Shown here: piece by piece, positions 29,172 to 40,178 of the stretch
Layout of the letters: every line of letters begins with the position of its first letter
How positions within the stretch are numbered: the first letter of the stretch is position 1
Assembly: GCA_963772365.1 (NCBI GenBank)
Contig: CAVYXA010000001.1
Location: forward strand, 768,001-832,000
Length of the DNA: 64,000 nucleotides
Origin: an uncultured Verrucomicrobiae bacterium
GTDB taxonomy: Bacteria; Verrucomicrobiota; Verrucomicrobiia; Chthoniobacterales; UBA10450
Direction: 5' to 3'
Position numbers and translations under genes: made by a program
The notes under the pieces: model-generated
Told to the model about the DNA's origin: nothing
Database searches by the model: none
What the model saw: only the letters and a program-made list of their open reading frames with translations

Positions 29172-31093
29172 ATGCTCGATTATCTCGTTTACCTCCTCTA
29201 TCGCGCGGAAGCAGCCGTTTTGTCGAAACTCCCATTCGGAGTTCTGCTTGCCATCGGAAAAGTGGCGGGCCTTTGCGGCTGGCTCTTTTTTGGACACTAC
29301 CGGCGCCTGGCACTGAATAACGTGACAATCGCCTTCGGGAACCAAAAATCGCCCCGTGAGCTGCGGCGCATTGTTCGCCGGCACTTCCAGCGCTTATGCG
29401 TGAACCTGCTGTGCAGCATCAAGCTCAGTCGTATGGCTCCCGAAAGCATCCTCGAGCTTGTGGAAATCGAGAACATCGAGATAGTGCATCGACAACTTCG
29501 CGCCGGTGTGCCTGTGGTTTTCCTATTGAGCCATATGGCGACTTGGGAAGTATTCGCGCAGCTGATGCCGCACCTGTTGCGCTATGTCCGCACCGGAACC
29601 GTTTATCAGAAGCTTGGCAACCCATTTATTGACGCTCGCATTCGTGGAACCCGGAGCCGTACGGGGCTCGAAATGTTCGATCGCAAGGAAGGATTTCATC
29701 CGGTTATCGACTTGTTGCGCTCCGGCGGCGCCGTTGGGATTCTGAGCGATCAACACGCCGGCGACCAAGGTCTGTGGACACCATTTTTTGGAAAGCTCGC
29801 CTCCACATCGCCCCTGCCCGGTTTGCTGGCAAAACGCAGCAAAGCGGCGATTATTCCAGGCGTTGTTTACACAGTGGGGCCAGGCCGATGGAAAATGGTC
29901 TTTACCGATCGCATCGATACGGCCGGGGATTCAGTCGAAAAGCTGACGTGGAAAGTCAATGCAACGATCGAACAGCAAATCCGGCATTCACCGGAGGATT
30001 GGCTGTGGGCACACAACCGCTGGAAAACGCCCAATCCAAATTTTCTGCTGACGAAGTACAAGCGCGGCGTCTATCTCCCGCCCGAGATACCAGCGGAAAG
30101 CCTGCCGCGATTTCGGATTCTAATCCGCTCCCCGAATTGGCTGGGCGACGCCATCCTGAGCATTCCGGCTGTCCGCGCGATCAAAGCCGGCCGCCGGATG
30201 CGCATGTTACAGTCGCCGCTCCGTCCAAAATCGCGCCGGTTTGGAAACTTGTTTCCGATGTCGATGCTGTCGTTCCGTTAAAGTCCAAATCAGTCGTCAT
30301 CACCGCGCGACAAATTCGGCAGGAAGCATCGCCTTTCGATGTCGCAATTCTCTTTCCGAATTCCATCCGCGCCGCACTCGAAGTTTGGCTGGCAGGAGTG
30401 CCCAGACGATTCGGCTATCGCAGTCATTGGCGGCGGTGGCTCTTGAATCAGCGAATGCGCAACTGGTTTGAGAGAGGTCCGATCCAACATCAAAGCAGGC
30501 GTTATCTTCGTCTGGCCGAAAAAGCCGGCGGCGAGACATCAGGTTTGGGACTGCCAGTCCCGAAACAAGTCCCAGATCGAAAATCTCAGCTCGCGCTCTG
30601 CCCCGGGGCGGAATACGGCCCGGCAAAACGCTGGCTGCCGGAACGATTTGGCGAGGTGGCGAATGCGATTGCAAAACGTCAGCACGTGCAATGGATCTTG
30701 TTTGGGACAGCGCGCGATACCGATGTCGGGAAGCAGATCGCAACTAGCATCGGCAATGATTGCGTAAATCTGATTGGCCAGACGACACTCGATCAGCTGA
30801 TTGAACAGCTTCGCGAATGCCGATTACTGTTAACCAACGACACCGGCACAATGCATTTGGCCGCGCTCCTTGGTGTGCCCGTCGTGGCCATCTTCGGTTC
30901 GACCGAACCGCGACTAACAGGTCCGATAGCAGAGCGTCAGATTGTTTTGCGGCATCAAGTCGAATGCAGTCCCTGTTTCCTGCGCAATTGCCCGATCGAC
31001 TTTCGCTGCATGAAAGCGATCAGCGTTCAGGAAGTTGTCGATGCTGTGATGTCGATCTTGAAGTCGAGCACTAAAACTCGGAGCAATTCATGA
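29172..31093 (+). CDS. waaF: fused lipid A acyltransferase (LpxL-like) and heptosyltransferase II (frameshift near 30194)
   Basis: SHMATWE, DQH, WLWAHNRWK, then RSPNWLGDA in the same frame; PGAEYGPAKRW and TNDTG in the next frame. Confidence 0.88.
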
Positions 31094-31268
31094 TTACGCG
31101 GCCGCGGCAAATGTCGCTTCTGCAGATGATTTTGCATTTCTCCTGAACCGGAACAGCGCTGCACACTGGGCATCTCATCATGCCATCGGCGACTATCGGT
31201 TTCGCGGGTTCGATTGCGCGAACCGAATCAGTGCGGTCTGAAGGAGCGGAGCCGGACGTCGCGGCCAT
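31071..31268 (-). CDS. small Cys-rich (zinc-finger-like) protein
   Basis: CPVC..EKCKIIC..C..NCSEF; start uncertain. Confidence 0.45.
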   Translation of the reverse strand: MAATSGSAPSDRTDSVRAIEPAKPIVADGMMRCPVCSAVPVQEKCKIICRSDICRGRVIMNCSEF

Positions 31269-31728
31269 CGAATTCTTCATAAGACGTTCCAACCGTGATC
31301 TGCACTTTATCATTGCCGACAGTTCCAATCGCGTAACCGCCAAATGCATCCCCGCCGAATTTGCCAGTCGCATGCCCATAGAAAGCGCCAATTTCACCGC
31401 CGTAATAAAGTGGATCCGATGGGATCAGCACGTGAGCTGAAACATCTTTGCTGTCCTCGAAGTCCTTTGAATCTTTTGCTTCTGACTGCCGCCGCGGAGC
31501 CGCACTAACTTTTTTTATATCACCAAGACTTAGCGAATCGGCTGGAAAGAGAGTCGACAACTGGATTGGCAGCGGCAATTCCTCGATCAGCGCATAACTG
31601 TCGATGTTGTTAAAAATATTCTGATGTCCCAACGCCAGATTCGAACCAGAATCAGGCGCTACTTGCGCCGACAAAGAAGAGGCGAAAACGAACGACGCGA
31701 TCCCCGAAAGTAAAATCCCCCTGTGCAT
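31228..31728 (-). CDS. secreted hypothetical protein with DSKD repeats
   Basis: Signal peptide; KDSKDFEDSKD; beta-rich C-terminus. Confidence 0.65.
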   Translation of the reverse strand: MHRGILLSGIASFVFASSLSAQVAPDSGSNLALGHQNIFNNIDSYALIEELPLPIQLSTLFPADSLSLGDIKKVSAAPRRQSEAKDSKDFEDSKDVSAHVLIPSDPLYYGGEIGAFYGHATGKFGGDAFGGYAIGTVGNDKVQITVGTSYEEFDGRDVRLRSFRPH

Positions 31729-31784
31729 ACACCAGATTCTCAGCCGAAAAAACCCACGCGCCAGCAAAATGTCGCGGACCGAAC

Positions 31785-32741
31785 CTAGTCTTTCAGCGAC
31801 TTTTTGAAATAATCGATTGTCTCTTTGATTCCTTCTTCGAAGTCGACCTTCGGTTGCCAGCCGAGAATTTTTTTTGCGCGGCTGATGTCGGGTTGGCGAA
31901 CTTTCGGGTCGTCCACCGGCAGTGGTTTGTATTCGATTGTCGATCTTGCTCCTGTGAGCCGAATGATCTCATCGGCAAACTGCTTGATCGTCATTTCGCG
32001 TGGGTTGCCGATGTTCACCGGCTCGTGAAAATCGCTCATGGCGAGTTTGAAAATTCCATCGATCAGATCGGATACGTAACAAAACGAACGGGTTTGCGAG
32101 CCATCGCCAAAAACCGTAAGCGGCTGGCCGTTCAGCGCCTGACCAATAAATGCCGGCACGACCCGACCATCACGCAAACGCATTCGCGGCCCGTAGGTGT
32201 TAAAGATACGAACGATTTTTGTGTCGATCCTATGATAGCGGTGGTAAGCCATTGCCATCGCCTCAGCGAAACGCTTGGCTTCATCGTAAACGCCGCGCGG
32301 CCCGATCGGGTTGACATTCCCCCAATAATCTTCCTTCTGCGGATGGACAAGCGGGTCACCGTAGCATTCCGATGTCGATGCTAGAATGAATGAGGCGCCC
32401 TTGTCCTTCGCCAGACCCAGCGTGTTATGCGTGCCGAGCGCGCCGACTTTCAGCGTCGGAATCGGCAGCTCGAGATAATCGATCGGACTGGCCGGCGACG
32501 CGAAATGAAACACGTAATCGATTTTTTCCTCGGGCAGAAAAATGAAATTCGAGACGTTATGCTTAATGAAATGAAAGTTCTCATTTCCCGCCAGGTGTCC
32601 GATGTTCGCCGGGTTTCCCGTGATCAGATTATCGATCGCAATCACACGATGGCCTTCGGCCAGCAACCGGTCCGTCAAATGCGATCCTAAAAAACCGGCG
32701 CCGCCGGTAACGACGGAGATCGGCTGACGATGTTCTGGCAT
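31785..32741 (-). CDS. UDP-glucuronate decarboxylase family SDR
   Basis: [41 protein letters not shown]. Confidence 0.93.
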   Translation of the reverse strand: MPEHRQPISVVTGGAGFLGSHLTDRLLAEGHRVIAIDNLITGNPANIGHLAGNENFHFIKHNVSNFIFLPEEKIDYVFHFASPASPIDYLELPIPTLKVGALGTHNTLGLAKDKGASFILASTSECYGDPLVHPQKEDYWGNVNPIGPRGVYDEAKRFAEAMAMAYHRYHRIDTKIVRIFNTYGPRMRLRDGRVVPAFIGQALNGQPLTVFGDGSQTRSFCYVSDLIDGIFKLAMSDFHEPVNIGNPREMTIKQFADEIIRLTGARSTIEYKPLPVDDPKVRQPDISRAKKILGWQPKVDFEEGIKETIDYFKKSLKD

Positions 32742-32791
32742 GGCGCTCTATCTAATGATTCGTCGAAAATTTGCGAGGAAGATTTCGATGT

Positions 32792-35700
32792 TCACTTCTT
32801 AGTTAGCAATTTCCTCGCCTCAGCCAGAGCGATCTCGATCTTGCCTGGATCTTTACCGGCGCCCTGCGCATTTTCGGGGCGTCCTCCTCCCTTTCCACCA
32901 ACGATCGGCGCAACCTGCTGAATCAGTTTGTTGGCTTGAAATTTGGAGGTCAGCTCTTTAGGAACAGATGCGACGAGAGCAACTGATTCGCCCAGCCTGC
33001 CTGCGAGAAAGATCGGACCATTGAATTTCGACCTCATGACATCCGCCACGGCTTGGAGCAGTTTCGAATCGGCATCTGGCACCTCAACTATACAGTGATC
33101 TTTGTGAGATGCGGCAAGTTCAGCCGCAATTTTCGCAGCGCGACTCCGAGTCTGCGCATCAGCTTCCTTTGCGCTCTTCTTTTCCCATTCTCGTACATCG
33201 ACATCGACCTTCTCCAGATGCGCCGCGCGAATGTCGATTTGCTTCAGCAATTCAGTTATTTCCGCGTCTTCAGAGAAGGCCGGTAAGTCTGCGATATCAG
33301 ATTTCCGCTTCTTTAATGTCGTGAATTTTTCCACCTGTTTGGCCGCTTCTTGTTGCGCCCACAAACGCGCGGCCTCACCAGCCACCGCTTCCATGCGCCG
33401 TATGCCGGCCGCAATCGCCTCCTCTTTCACGATCCGGAACGGACCGATCTCCGATGTCGATCTTACATGCGTGCCACCGCACAGCTCCATCGAATAGCCA
33501 TTCAACTTTTTCGGGTCGCCACCGATCTGCAAAACACGCACCGTATCGCCGTATTTCTCCCCGAAAAACTGAGTGATATCTTTCCGCTGCTTCGCTTCCG
33601 CGTACGGAATCTCCGTCCACGAAACTGGCGCGCTCTCGGTAATTTTTTCGTTCACCACTTTTTCAACGTCGCGCACTTGCTGTTTCGTTAATGGCGCACT
33701 TGAAAAATCGAAGGTCAGTTTGTCCGGTCCGACATAGCTCCCTTTTTGAGATGCATCGCGCGAAACGATCTCATGTAGGGCCCAATGCAATAAGTGCGTC
33801 ACTGTATGATGGCCTTGAATCATCCGGCGTCGATCGGCATCGACTGAAACGTGGACAGCTTCGCCCGGCTCCGGCGCACGGCCGTTCACGATCTGCGCGC
33901 GATGCACAAAAACGTCTCCACGCTTTTGGGTGTCGATCACGCACAGTTGCCCGACTTCCGTTCGATCATGTCCCGGCACATGCAACAGACCATGATCGCC
34001 AACCTGCCCACCCATTTCCGCGTACAGAGGCGTCCGATCCAGAACGATCGCCAACTCTTCCGATTTCTGATCTGGCAACACATTTTCGACTACCGCTTCG
34101 GTTTCCAGGAAATCGTAACCGAGAAACTTCGTAGGGGTCGCGGTCAATTCTCCTTCCACCGCAATCGTCTCTTTTTTCTGCGCTTTTCGCCCACGTTCGC
34201 GTTGCTGTTCCATCAAGCTCTCGAACCCAGCAACATCGACACTCAACCCGCGCTCCCGCGCCATGAGCTCGGTCAAATCGAGAGGAAATCCGTATGTGTC
34301 ATATAGCTTGAAAGTGTCCTTAGCAGATACCACCGGTAACGTGGTGACAAACTTACGCCATTCGCCACTGCGAACTTCTGATGCATCCAAATCCTGAGCT
34401 AAATCCAAGCTGCGACCCAGCCAGATAGTAAATTCCTCCAAATCTGGATCACTCGATCGGCCGTAATACATTTTCTTTACCAGAGATCCTTCTTCCTCCG
34501 CAGCCGCCGTGACGCTGTTAAATAGAACGACCCCTTCAAACAATTCAATTCCACGATCGAGCGTTTTGTTAAACGATTCTTCTTCGCGGCGGATTATTGC
34601 TTTGATCACACTCTGCCTAGCGCGAACTTCCGGGAAAACATCGCCTATCGTTTTTGCGACCACATCGACAACTTTGAAAAAGAACGGCTCGTGAAGACCT
34701 AACGAGCGCCCATAACGCACGGCGCGACGCAGAATTCGGCGCAGCACATAGCCACGTCCTTCGTTCGAGGGAATAATTCCATCGGCGATTGCGAACGAAA
34801 GTGTGCGGATGTGATCGGCGATGACGCGGAAGGCAATGTCGATCTGAATTTGCTCTGAATCTTTTGTAGGGCGGCCGCTCCGGCTGCCCTCTTCTGGGTC
34901 CGGCAAGCGAAGCGCTTGCCCTACAATCGGCAATGTCGATTCGTATCTTTTGCCGCTGAGGTTTTCGATCTCGTCGAAGATCGGTCGAAAGACATCGGTC
35001 TCGTAATTCGAAATGATGCCGGAAAAATCAGTGAGATTTTTCGTGCCTTGAATGATCGCGCTGACGCGCTCGAAACCCATGCCGGTATCGACGTGACGTT
35101 GCGGCAACGGGCTGAATGTTCCATCGGCATCGGCGTTGAACTGAATGAAGACCAGGTTCCAAATCTCGATGCACCGCGAATCGCCTTGGTTCACTAACGA
35201 ACCGCGCGTATCGCAGCCCGGCGTAAGATCGACATGAACTTCCGAGCAGGGACCGCACGGGCCGGTATCACCCATCATCCAAAAATTGTCGGCTTTGCCG
35301 CCATTTACGATGTGGATCTTAGGATCGAGCTCAGCTTCTCGGAATAATCGCTCCCAATGATCGTGAGCTTCCTGATCGAAATCCGCTGGCTCGCCCGGTC
35401 CGGGTTTATAAACCGTGGCGTAAAGTCGTTGCGGCGGAAATTTCCAGCGCTCAACCAGTAGTTCCCACGCCCATTCGATCGCTTCCTTCTTGAAGTAATC
35501 GCCGAAACTCCAATTACCGAGCATTTCGAAAAATGTGTGGTGATACGTATCCAGCCCGACATCTTCGAGATCGTTATGTTTGCCGCCCGCCCGGATACAT
35601 TTTTGGGTGTCGGCGACGCGCGGCGGTTTCCACTGCGGCTTTTGTTGACCGAGAAAGATCGGCACGAACTGGTTCATGCCGGCGTTGGTGAACAGCAAAT

Positions 35701-35797
35701 TCGGCGCGTCCGGCAGCAAGGACGACGACGGCACAATGGTGTGCTGTTTCTCGCGAAAGAAATCGAGAAAGGATTTGCGGATCTCAGCCGAAGTCAT
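32792..35797 (-). CDS. alaS: alanine--tRNA ligase with two insertions
   Basis: FTNAGMNQF, FEMLGNWSFG, DTGMGFER, HTVTH, ELCGGTH, GKGGG. Confidence 0.98.
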   Translation of the reverse strand: MTSAEIRKSFLDFFREKQHTIVPSSSLLPDAPNLLFTNAGMNQFVPIFLGQQKPQWKPPRVADTQKCIRAGGKHNDLEDVGLDTYHHTFFEMLGNWSFGDYFKKEAIEWAWELLVERWKFPPQRLYATVYKPGPGEPADFDQEAHDHWERLFREAELDPKIHIVNGGKADNFWMMGDTGPCGPCSEVHVDLTPGCDTRGSLVNQGDSRCIEIWNLVFIQFNADADGTFSPLPQRHVDTGMGFERVSAIIQGTKNLTDFSGIISNYETDVFRPIFDEIENLSGKRYESTLPIVGQALRLPDPEEGSRSGRPTKDSEQIQIDIAFRVIADHIRTLSFAIADGIIPSNEGRGYVLRRILRRAVRYGRSLGLHEPFFFKVVDVVAKTIGDVFPEVRARQSVIKAIIRREEESFNKTLDRGIELFEGVVLFNSVTAAAEEEGSLVKKMYYGRSSDPDLEEFTIWLGRSLDLAQDLDASEVRSGEWRKFVTTLPVVSAKDTFKLYDTYGFPLDLTELMARERGLSVDVAGFESLMEQQRERGRKAQKKETIAVEGELTATPTKFLGYDFLETEAVVENVLPDQKSEELAIVLDRTPLYAEMGGQVGDHGLLHVPGHDRTEVGQLCVIDTQKRGDVFVHRAQIVNGRAPEPGEAVHVSVDADRRRMIQGHHTVTHLLHWALHEIVSRDASQKGSYVGPDKLTFDFSSAPLTKQQVRDVEKVVNEKITESAPVSWTEIPYAEAKQRKDITQFFGEKYGDTVRVLQIGGDPKKLNGYSMELCGGTHVRSTSEIGPFRIVKEEAIAAGIRRMEAVAGEAARLWAQQEAAKQVEKFTTLKKRKSDIADLPAFSEDAEITELLKQIDIRAAHLEKVDVDVREWEKKSAKEADAQTRSRAAKIAAELAASHKDHCIVEVPDADSKLLQAVADVMRSKFNGPIFLAGRLGESVALVASVPKELTSKFQANKLIQQVAPIVGGKGGGRPENAQGAGKDPGKIEIALAEARKLLTKK
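34865..34925. repeat. GTAG-type REP doublet, family D, in frame within alaS
   Basis: TGTAGGGCGGCCGCTCCGGCTGCC...GGCAAGCGAAGCGCTTGCCCTACA; related to 49354 and 51595. Confidence 0.9.
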
Positions 35798-35888
35798 GAT
35801 GTCGATCTTACGGCAGGAAATTGCCGGATAGACCAAGAATTTCCAAATGGAAATCGATTACGGCGGAAACGTGAGGCCAACGTGCTGA

Positions 35889-36923
35889 TTACGGTTCTTC
35901 GATAAGCTTTGCTTTTACCGCGGCCTCGATTTCTTCGTAGAGCTTTGGATCGTTCTTGAGCGCTTCCTTGGCGGCATCGCGTCCTTGAGCGAGCTGAGTT
36001 CCCTTGTAATTCAGCCACGAACCGCGCTTTTCGATCACCTGTTTTTCCAAGGCAAGATCGAGAAGCGCACCCGTGGAAGAGATCCCCTCGTCGTACATGA
36101 TGTCGAACTCGGCTTCGGTGAACGGCGGCGCGACCTTGTTTTTTACAATCTTGATCCGGGTGCGATTCCCAGTCACAACGCCGTCGGTTTGCTTGATTGC
36201 GCCGATCCGTCGGATATCTACGCGAACGCTGGCATAGAACTTCAAAGCTTTACCGCCCGGCGTCGTCTCGGGATTGCCGAACATCACGCCAATTTTTTCG
36301 CGAATCTGGTTAGTGAAGATGCAACAGGTGCGCGCTTTTGATATGAGAGAAGTAAGCTTGCGCAGGGCTGCGCTCATCAAACGGGCCTGAGCGCCGACGG
36401 TTACGTCGCCGATTTCGCCTTCCAGTTCTGCCTTGGTTACGAGAGCGGCGACCGAATCCAGCACGATCACATCCAGGGCATTCGAGCGGACCAAAGTCTC
36501 GCAAATCCGTAGCGCTTCTTCGCCTGAGCTGGGCTGAGAGACAAGAAGATCGTCGAGATCGACACCAAGTTTACGGGCGTATTGAGGATCAAGCGCATGC
36601 TCGACATCGATGAATGCAGCCAGGCCTCCGCGTTTTTGAGCCTGGGCAATAACTGTGAGAGTAAGGGTTGTCTTTCCAGAGGATTCCGGTCCGAACACCT
36701 CGACCACGCGTCCCCGCGGGAATCCGCCAACTCCTAACGCGCGATCAACGAGAATGTTCCCCGTCGGAATGACATCAATATCTACGATCTTCTCGTCACC
36801 CAGACGCATAATCGCGCCCTCGCCATAATCTTTAGCGATCTGTTGGATCGCCAGATCGAGATTTTTATTGCGGGCAGCGGTCAATTTATCTGCGCCAGTT
36901 TTCTCTTCCGTTTTGGTCGGCAT
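35889..36923 (-). CDS. recA: recombinase RecA
   Basis: [29 protein letters not shown]. Confidence 0.98.
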   Translation of the reverse strand: MPTKTEEKTGADKLTAARNKNLDLAIQQIAKDYGEGAIMRLGDEKIVDIDVIPTGNILVDRALGVGGFPRGRVVEVFGPESSGKTTLTLTVIAQAQKRGGLAAFIDVEHALDPQYARKLGVDLDDLLVSQPSSGEEALRICETLVRSNALDVIVLDSVAALVTKAELEGEIGDVTVGAQARLMSAALRKLTSLISKARTCCIFTNQIREKIGVMFGNPETTPGGKALKFYASVRVDIRRIGAIKQTDGVVTGNRTRIKIVKNKVAPPFTEAEFDIMYDEGISSTGALLDLALEKQVIEKRGSWLNYKGTQLAQGRDAAKEALKNDPKLYEEIEAAVKAKLIEEP

Positions 36924-36966
36924 ATCGGAGTGACTGTAGTACGTCCTCAGCAACGGTTCGCCAAGT

Positions 36967-37014
36967 AAAAAAGAAAAAAGGGGCCGCCATTCTTGCCCAG
37001 ATGGCGGCCCTTTT
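36967..37014 (-). terminator. intrinsic terminator downstream of the hsp20 pair
   Basis: GGGCCGCCAT/ATGGCGGCCC stem with a long minus-strand T tract. Confidence 0.85.
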
Positions 37015-37031
37015 GCGGTTAACTGTCGATG

Positions 37032-37403
37032 TTACGAAACTGTGATCCTGCGTGGCTTAACGTGCTCGGCCTTCGGCAGAGCCACCGTGACCAAGCCTTG
37101 CTCGATCTTCGCATTGATTTTGTCTACGTTGATCGATGGATCGAGTTCAAATGTCCGCCGGAAATTATCCGGACGGGATTCATGATGGATCAGCGTACCT
37201 TCCACGGTGGGAAGCGAACGACGCCCGATGATCGTCAGTTCATTGTTCTCGAATGAAATTTCGAGTCCGTCTTTGTTCACGCCGGGCATCTCGAGTTCGA
37301 GCGTGTAGCCGTCGCTTGCTTCGATTACACTTGCGGCGGGAGCAACGAATTGCTCGCTCTGCGCTCGATCGCTATCGCGGTTTTCACGTACCAATGTGTT
37401 CAT
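37032..37403 (-). CDS. Hsp20/alpha-crystallin small heat-shock protein
   Basis: EMPGV, FRRTF, A.IEQGLV..LPK. Confidence 0.92.
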   Translation of the reverse strand: MNTLVRENRDSDRAQSEQFVAPAASVIEASDGYTLELEMPGVNKDGLEISFENNELTIIGRRSLPTVEGTLIHHESRPDNFRRTFELDPSINVDKINAKIEQGLVTVALPKAEHVKPRRITVS

Positions 37404-37449
37404 AGTAAAGTTCCTTTCGTGTTGAAATGAATTACTCGCTGGACTGTCA

Positions 37450-37911
37450 TTAGTTGACCTGAATTCGCTTTGGCTTTGCTTCTTCAGCCTTCGGCAACGT
37501 CACGGTCAAGATCCCATCCTGGTAAGTCGCGCTCACTTTGGCGGCATCGACCCGCGTAGGCAGAGTGATGCTGCGACGGAATGTGCCGACGTAGCGTTCA
37601 CTACGTTCGGAGTTCTGGCCGTTTGGGCTCTCCTTTTTGCGCTCACCGCTGATCGTCAATGTCCCATCATGCAGCGAGATTTCGATGTCCTCTTTGCGCA
37701 TTCCTGGCAATTCGACGACGGCGACCACGTTGTCATTGTTCTGGTACAAGTCGAGTGGTGGCGACCAACCACTGAATAGTTGACCTGTCCGGCCGAAGTC
37801 TGACCAAAACGGCACTTCAAAAAGCGCGTTCAAGTCGTCTCTCAGATTGCTCCAGCGATCCAGCGCCGGCCAAACCGAGGACTCGGGACTTTGATAACGA
37901 ATTAGATTCAT
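37450..37911 (-). CDS. Hsp20/alpha-crystallin small heat-shock protein
   Basis: ELPG, ERYVG.FRRSI.LP, A.YQDGIL..LPK. Confidence 0.93.
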   Translation of the reverse strand: MNLIRYQSPESSVWPALDRWSNLRDDLNALFEVPFWSDFGRTGQLFSGWSPPLDLYQNNDNVVAVVELPGMRKEDIEISLHDGTLTISGERKKESPNGQNSERSERYVGTFRRSITLPTRVDAAKVSATYQDGILTVTLPKAEEAKPKRIQVN

Positions 37912-38189
37912 AAATTAAAATCTCCTTTCTCTGAGTTGGGAATTTCTCTCTCTTTCCATTAGCTCGTGCTGTGCCTGCCTTGATCCTGGGAAGGTTCGTA
38001 ATTGTATTATGCTGTTGGTTAGTGACTTGTGGATTCACAGTGCAGGCTGTGACATCTGCCACATAGGTCCAAGATGTCGCATGCTCGCCCCATTCTTTTC
38101 AGAGAAGGTGAGACAAGATTCGCCAGCGAAATTTACTGCCTTTCAATCAAAATAATTTGCCCGAGAGCGCGCACTTCTATACTTGGAGC

Positions 38190-39221
38190 GTGATACCCTC
38201 GCCCGGACTGGATAAGCACTTTATGCGTGTCGCCTTACGCGAAGCGAGAAAGGGTTTGGGCGAGACGAGTCCAAATCCAGCGGTGGGCGCAGTGCTCGTC
38301 TCTCGCGGTAAAATTGTTGGGCGCGGGTACCATCGACGAGCCGGCGAACCGCATGCCGAAGTGGAATGTTTGCAATGCATCTCCGGCGATCTGCCGCGCG
38401 GATCGACAATGTATTGCACGCTCGAGCCCTGTTCCACGCGCGGAAAAACAGGCCCCTGCGTGGACGAAATCATCCGTCGAGGAGTGGCAACGGTGGTGAT
38501 CGGCGCGGTTGACGTAAATCCGCGTCATCAAGGCCGCGGCGTTCGACGACTTCGCGAGGCAGGAATTGAAGTTCGAACCGGCGTGTTGGCTAACGAGGCG
38601 ACAGAACTGAACGAAGCCTTCAACAAGTGGATCGTGACCCGAAGGTCATTTGTAATTGCCAAATGCGGGATGAGTCTCGATGGCCAGCTAACCCGTCATC
38701 CGGGCGAATCGCGCTGGATTACGGACTCGAGAGCGCGCCGACACGCTCACAAGCTGCGCGCCCTCGTCGATGCAATCGTCGTCGGCGCAGAAACCGTTAG
38801 AACCGACAATCCAAGATTGACTGTGCGCTTCGGCCGGAAATCGAAACAGCCGTGGCGAGTAGTGCTTACCCGCTCCGCAAAATTACCTGCCGACGCTCAT
38901 TTGTTTTCTGACCGGTTTGCTGATCGGACGTTGATTTATAAAGGAAAACCGCTCGGCGCTGTCCTCGACGATTTAGCGAAAAAGAATATTACAAGCGTGC
39001 TTTTGGAAGGCGGTGGTGAAGTATTGGGTGAGGCGTTAGACGCACGCCTCATAGATAAAATCCAGATCTACCTCGGCCCAATCTTAACCGGAGGTGCCGT
39101 TCCCGCGTTCGCCGGTTGTGGCGCGAGCACAGCGAAAGATGCAGCTCGCCTTGAACGCATCCGCTACACGCGACTCGGTCAGAATTTGCTGGTAACCGCT
39201 TATCCAACGTGGGCTGAATAA
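38190..39221 (+). CDS. ribD: riboflavin biosynthesis deaminase/reductase
   Basis: PNPAVG, HAE, TLEPC..PC, SLDG, EGGG. Confidence 0.95.
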   Translation: MIPSPGLDKHFMRVALREARKGLGETSPNPAVGAVLVSRGKIVGRGYHRRAGEPHAEVECLQCISGDLPRGSTMYCTLEPCSTRGKTGPCVDEIIRRGVATVVIGAVDVNPRHQGRGVRRLREAGIEVRTGVLANEATELNEAFNKWIVTRRSFVIAKCGMSLDGQLTRHPGESRWITDSRARRHAHKLRALVDAIVVGAETVRTDNPRLTVRFGRKSKQPWRVVLTRSAKLPADAHLFSDRFADRTLIYKGKPLGAVLDDLAKKNITSVLLEGGGEVLGEALDARLIDKIQIYLGPILTGGAVPAFAGCGASTAKDAARLERIRYTRLGQNLLVTAYPTWAE

Positions 39222-39273
39222 TTTTGCGAAACCGAGCGTCAGAGTTAGGGTTTAAAAATTAGGAGGTAAACAG

Positions 39274-39567
39274 ATGAGCGGGAAAAAACTTTTGCTAATT
39301 GCGGTCGTGATGATGGGGTTCGCGTTTGCCTCGGCATCGCAATCCAAAGCCGGAGTCTCGGTTGGCATTGGAATCGGAGTCCCGGTGGGATACGGGTATT
39401 ATCCATACGGATACTATCCCTACGGGTATTATAATCCATACACTTGCTACCCGAGGCCATATTATGGAGCAGTCTTCTACACTGGTCCGAGATGGTATTG
39501 GCATGGTGGACGCCGCGTTTATTACTCGCGGCCCTATCGACATCATCATTATCGGCGTGGCCGATAA
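39274..39567 (+). CDS. small secreted Tyr/Pro/Gly-rich protein
   Basis: Strong AGGAGG RBS, signal peptide, GVSVGIGIG, tandem YGYYP repeats. Confidence 0.75.
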   Translation: MSGKKLLLIAVVMMGFAFASASQSKAGVSVGIGIGVPVGYGYYPYGYYPYGYYNPYTCYPRPYYGAVFYTGPRWYWHGGRRVYYSRPYRHHHYRRGR

Positions 39568-39662
39568 GCTCATTGCGGCTTGATTGAAGCGGGTTTGGAA
39601 GGAGTTCCGAACCCAGCTCTTGAGTTGTCGATCCAATCTGCGATTGGAATTTGGCTAATTAG

Positions 39663-40178
39663 TTACTTGCCCGATTTTGTCGACGGCGATGCAGTCGGAC
39701 TGGGACTGACTTGTTGCGACTGGAACTCTTTCTTTAATCGTTGGATTAACACCGGGACCTCCTGTCGCCGTTTGGCTTCCAACTCCTGGCCCATCGCATG
39801 TTCGAGTTTCGCACGTTCCTGCATATAACGTGATTCAAACTCCGCTCGTTGTTTCGGATCGAGTTGAAGACCGGATTCCTTCAACGCGGTCTCGGCTTCC
39901 TCTTTCACTCTTTCGGTGCGGAGTTTCTCTTGTTCTCGCATGATCGTCCGTTCCTGCGCGTTCATTTGCTTCCAACGCTCGGCATTTCGATCGAAGCGCT
40001 GTCGATCCTGCGGAGACAACTGAAGAAGCCGCTCGTGAGATATCTCCACTTGACCATGTCCACCTTCACCTTGCCCTCTTGCACGGCCCGCGCCGGATCC
40101 GTGAGAGCCCTGGCCATACACGACGCTAATCTCGAGAAGCGAAAGTGCGACGCTTAGAGCGATGAATTTTGGTCCCAC
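39663..40178 (-). CDS. exported helical hypothetical protein (DUF3106-like)
   Basis: Signal peptide; LSPQDRQR..WKQM..QER repeats. Confidence 0.6.
   Translation of the reverse strand: MGPKFIALSVALSLLEISVVYGQGSHGSGAGRARGQGEGGHGQVEISHERLLQLSPQDRQRFDRNAERWKQMNAQERTIMREQEKLRTERVKEEAETALKESGLQLDPKQRAEFESRYMQERAKLEHAMGQELEAKRRQEVPVLIQRLKKEFQSQQVSPSPTASPSTKSGK

Noticed and set aside
34330..34534. Intein or intron in alaS
   Set aside because: Too short, no intein terminal residues, and no group I/II intron hallmarks
36924..36966. SOS box upstream of recA; CIRCE upstream of the hsp20 pair
   Set aside because: No convincing LexA-type palindrome and no TTAGCACTC-N9-GAGTGCTAA found
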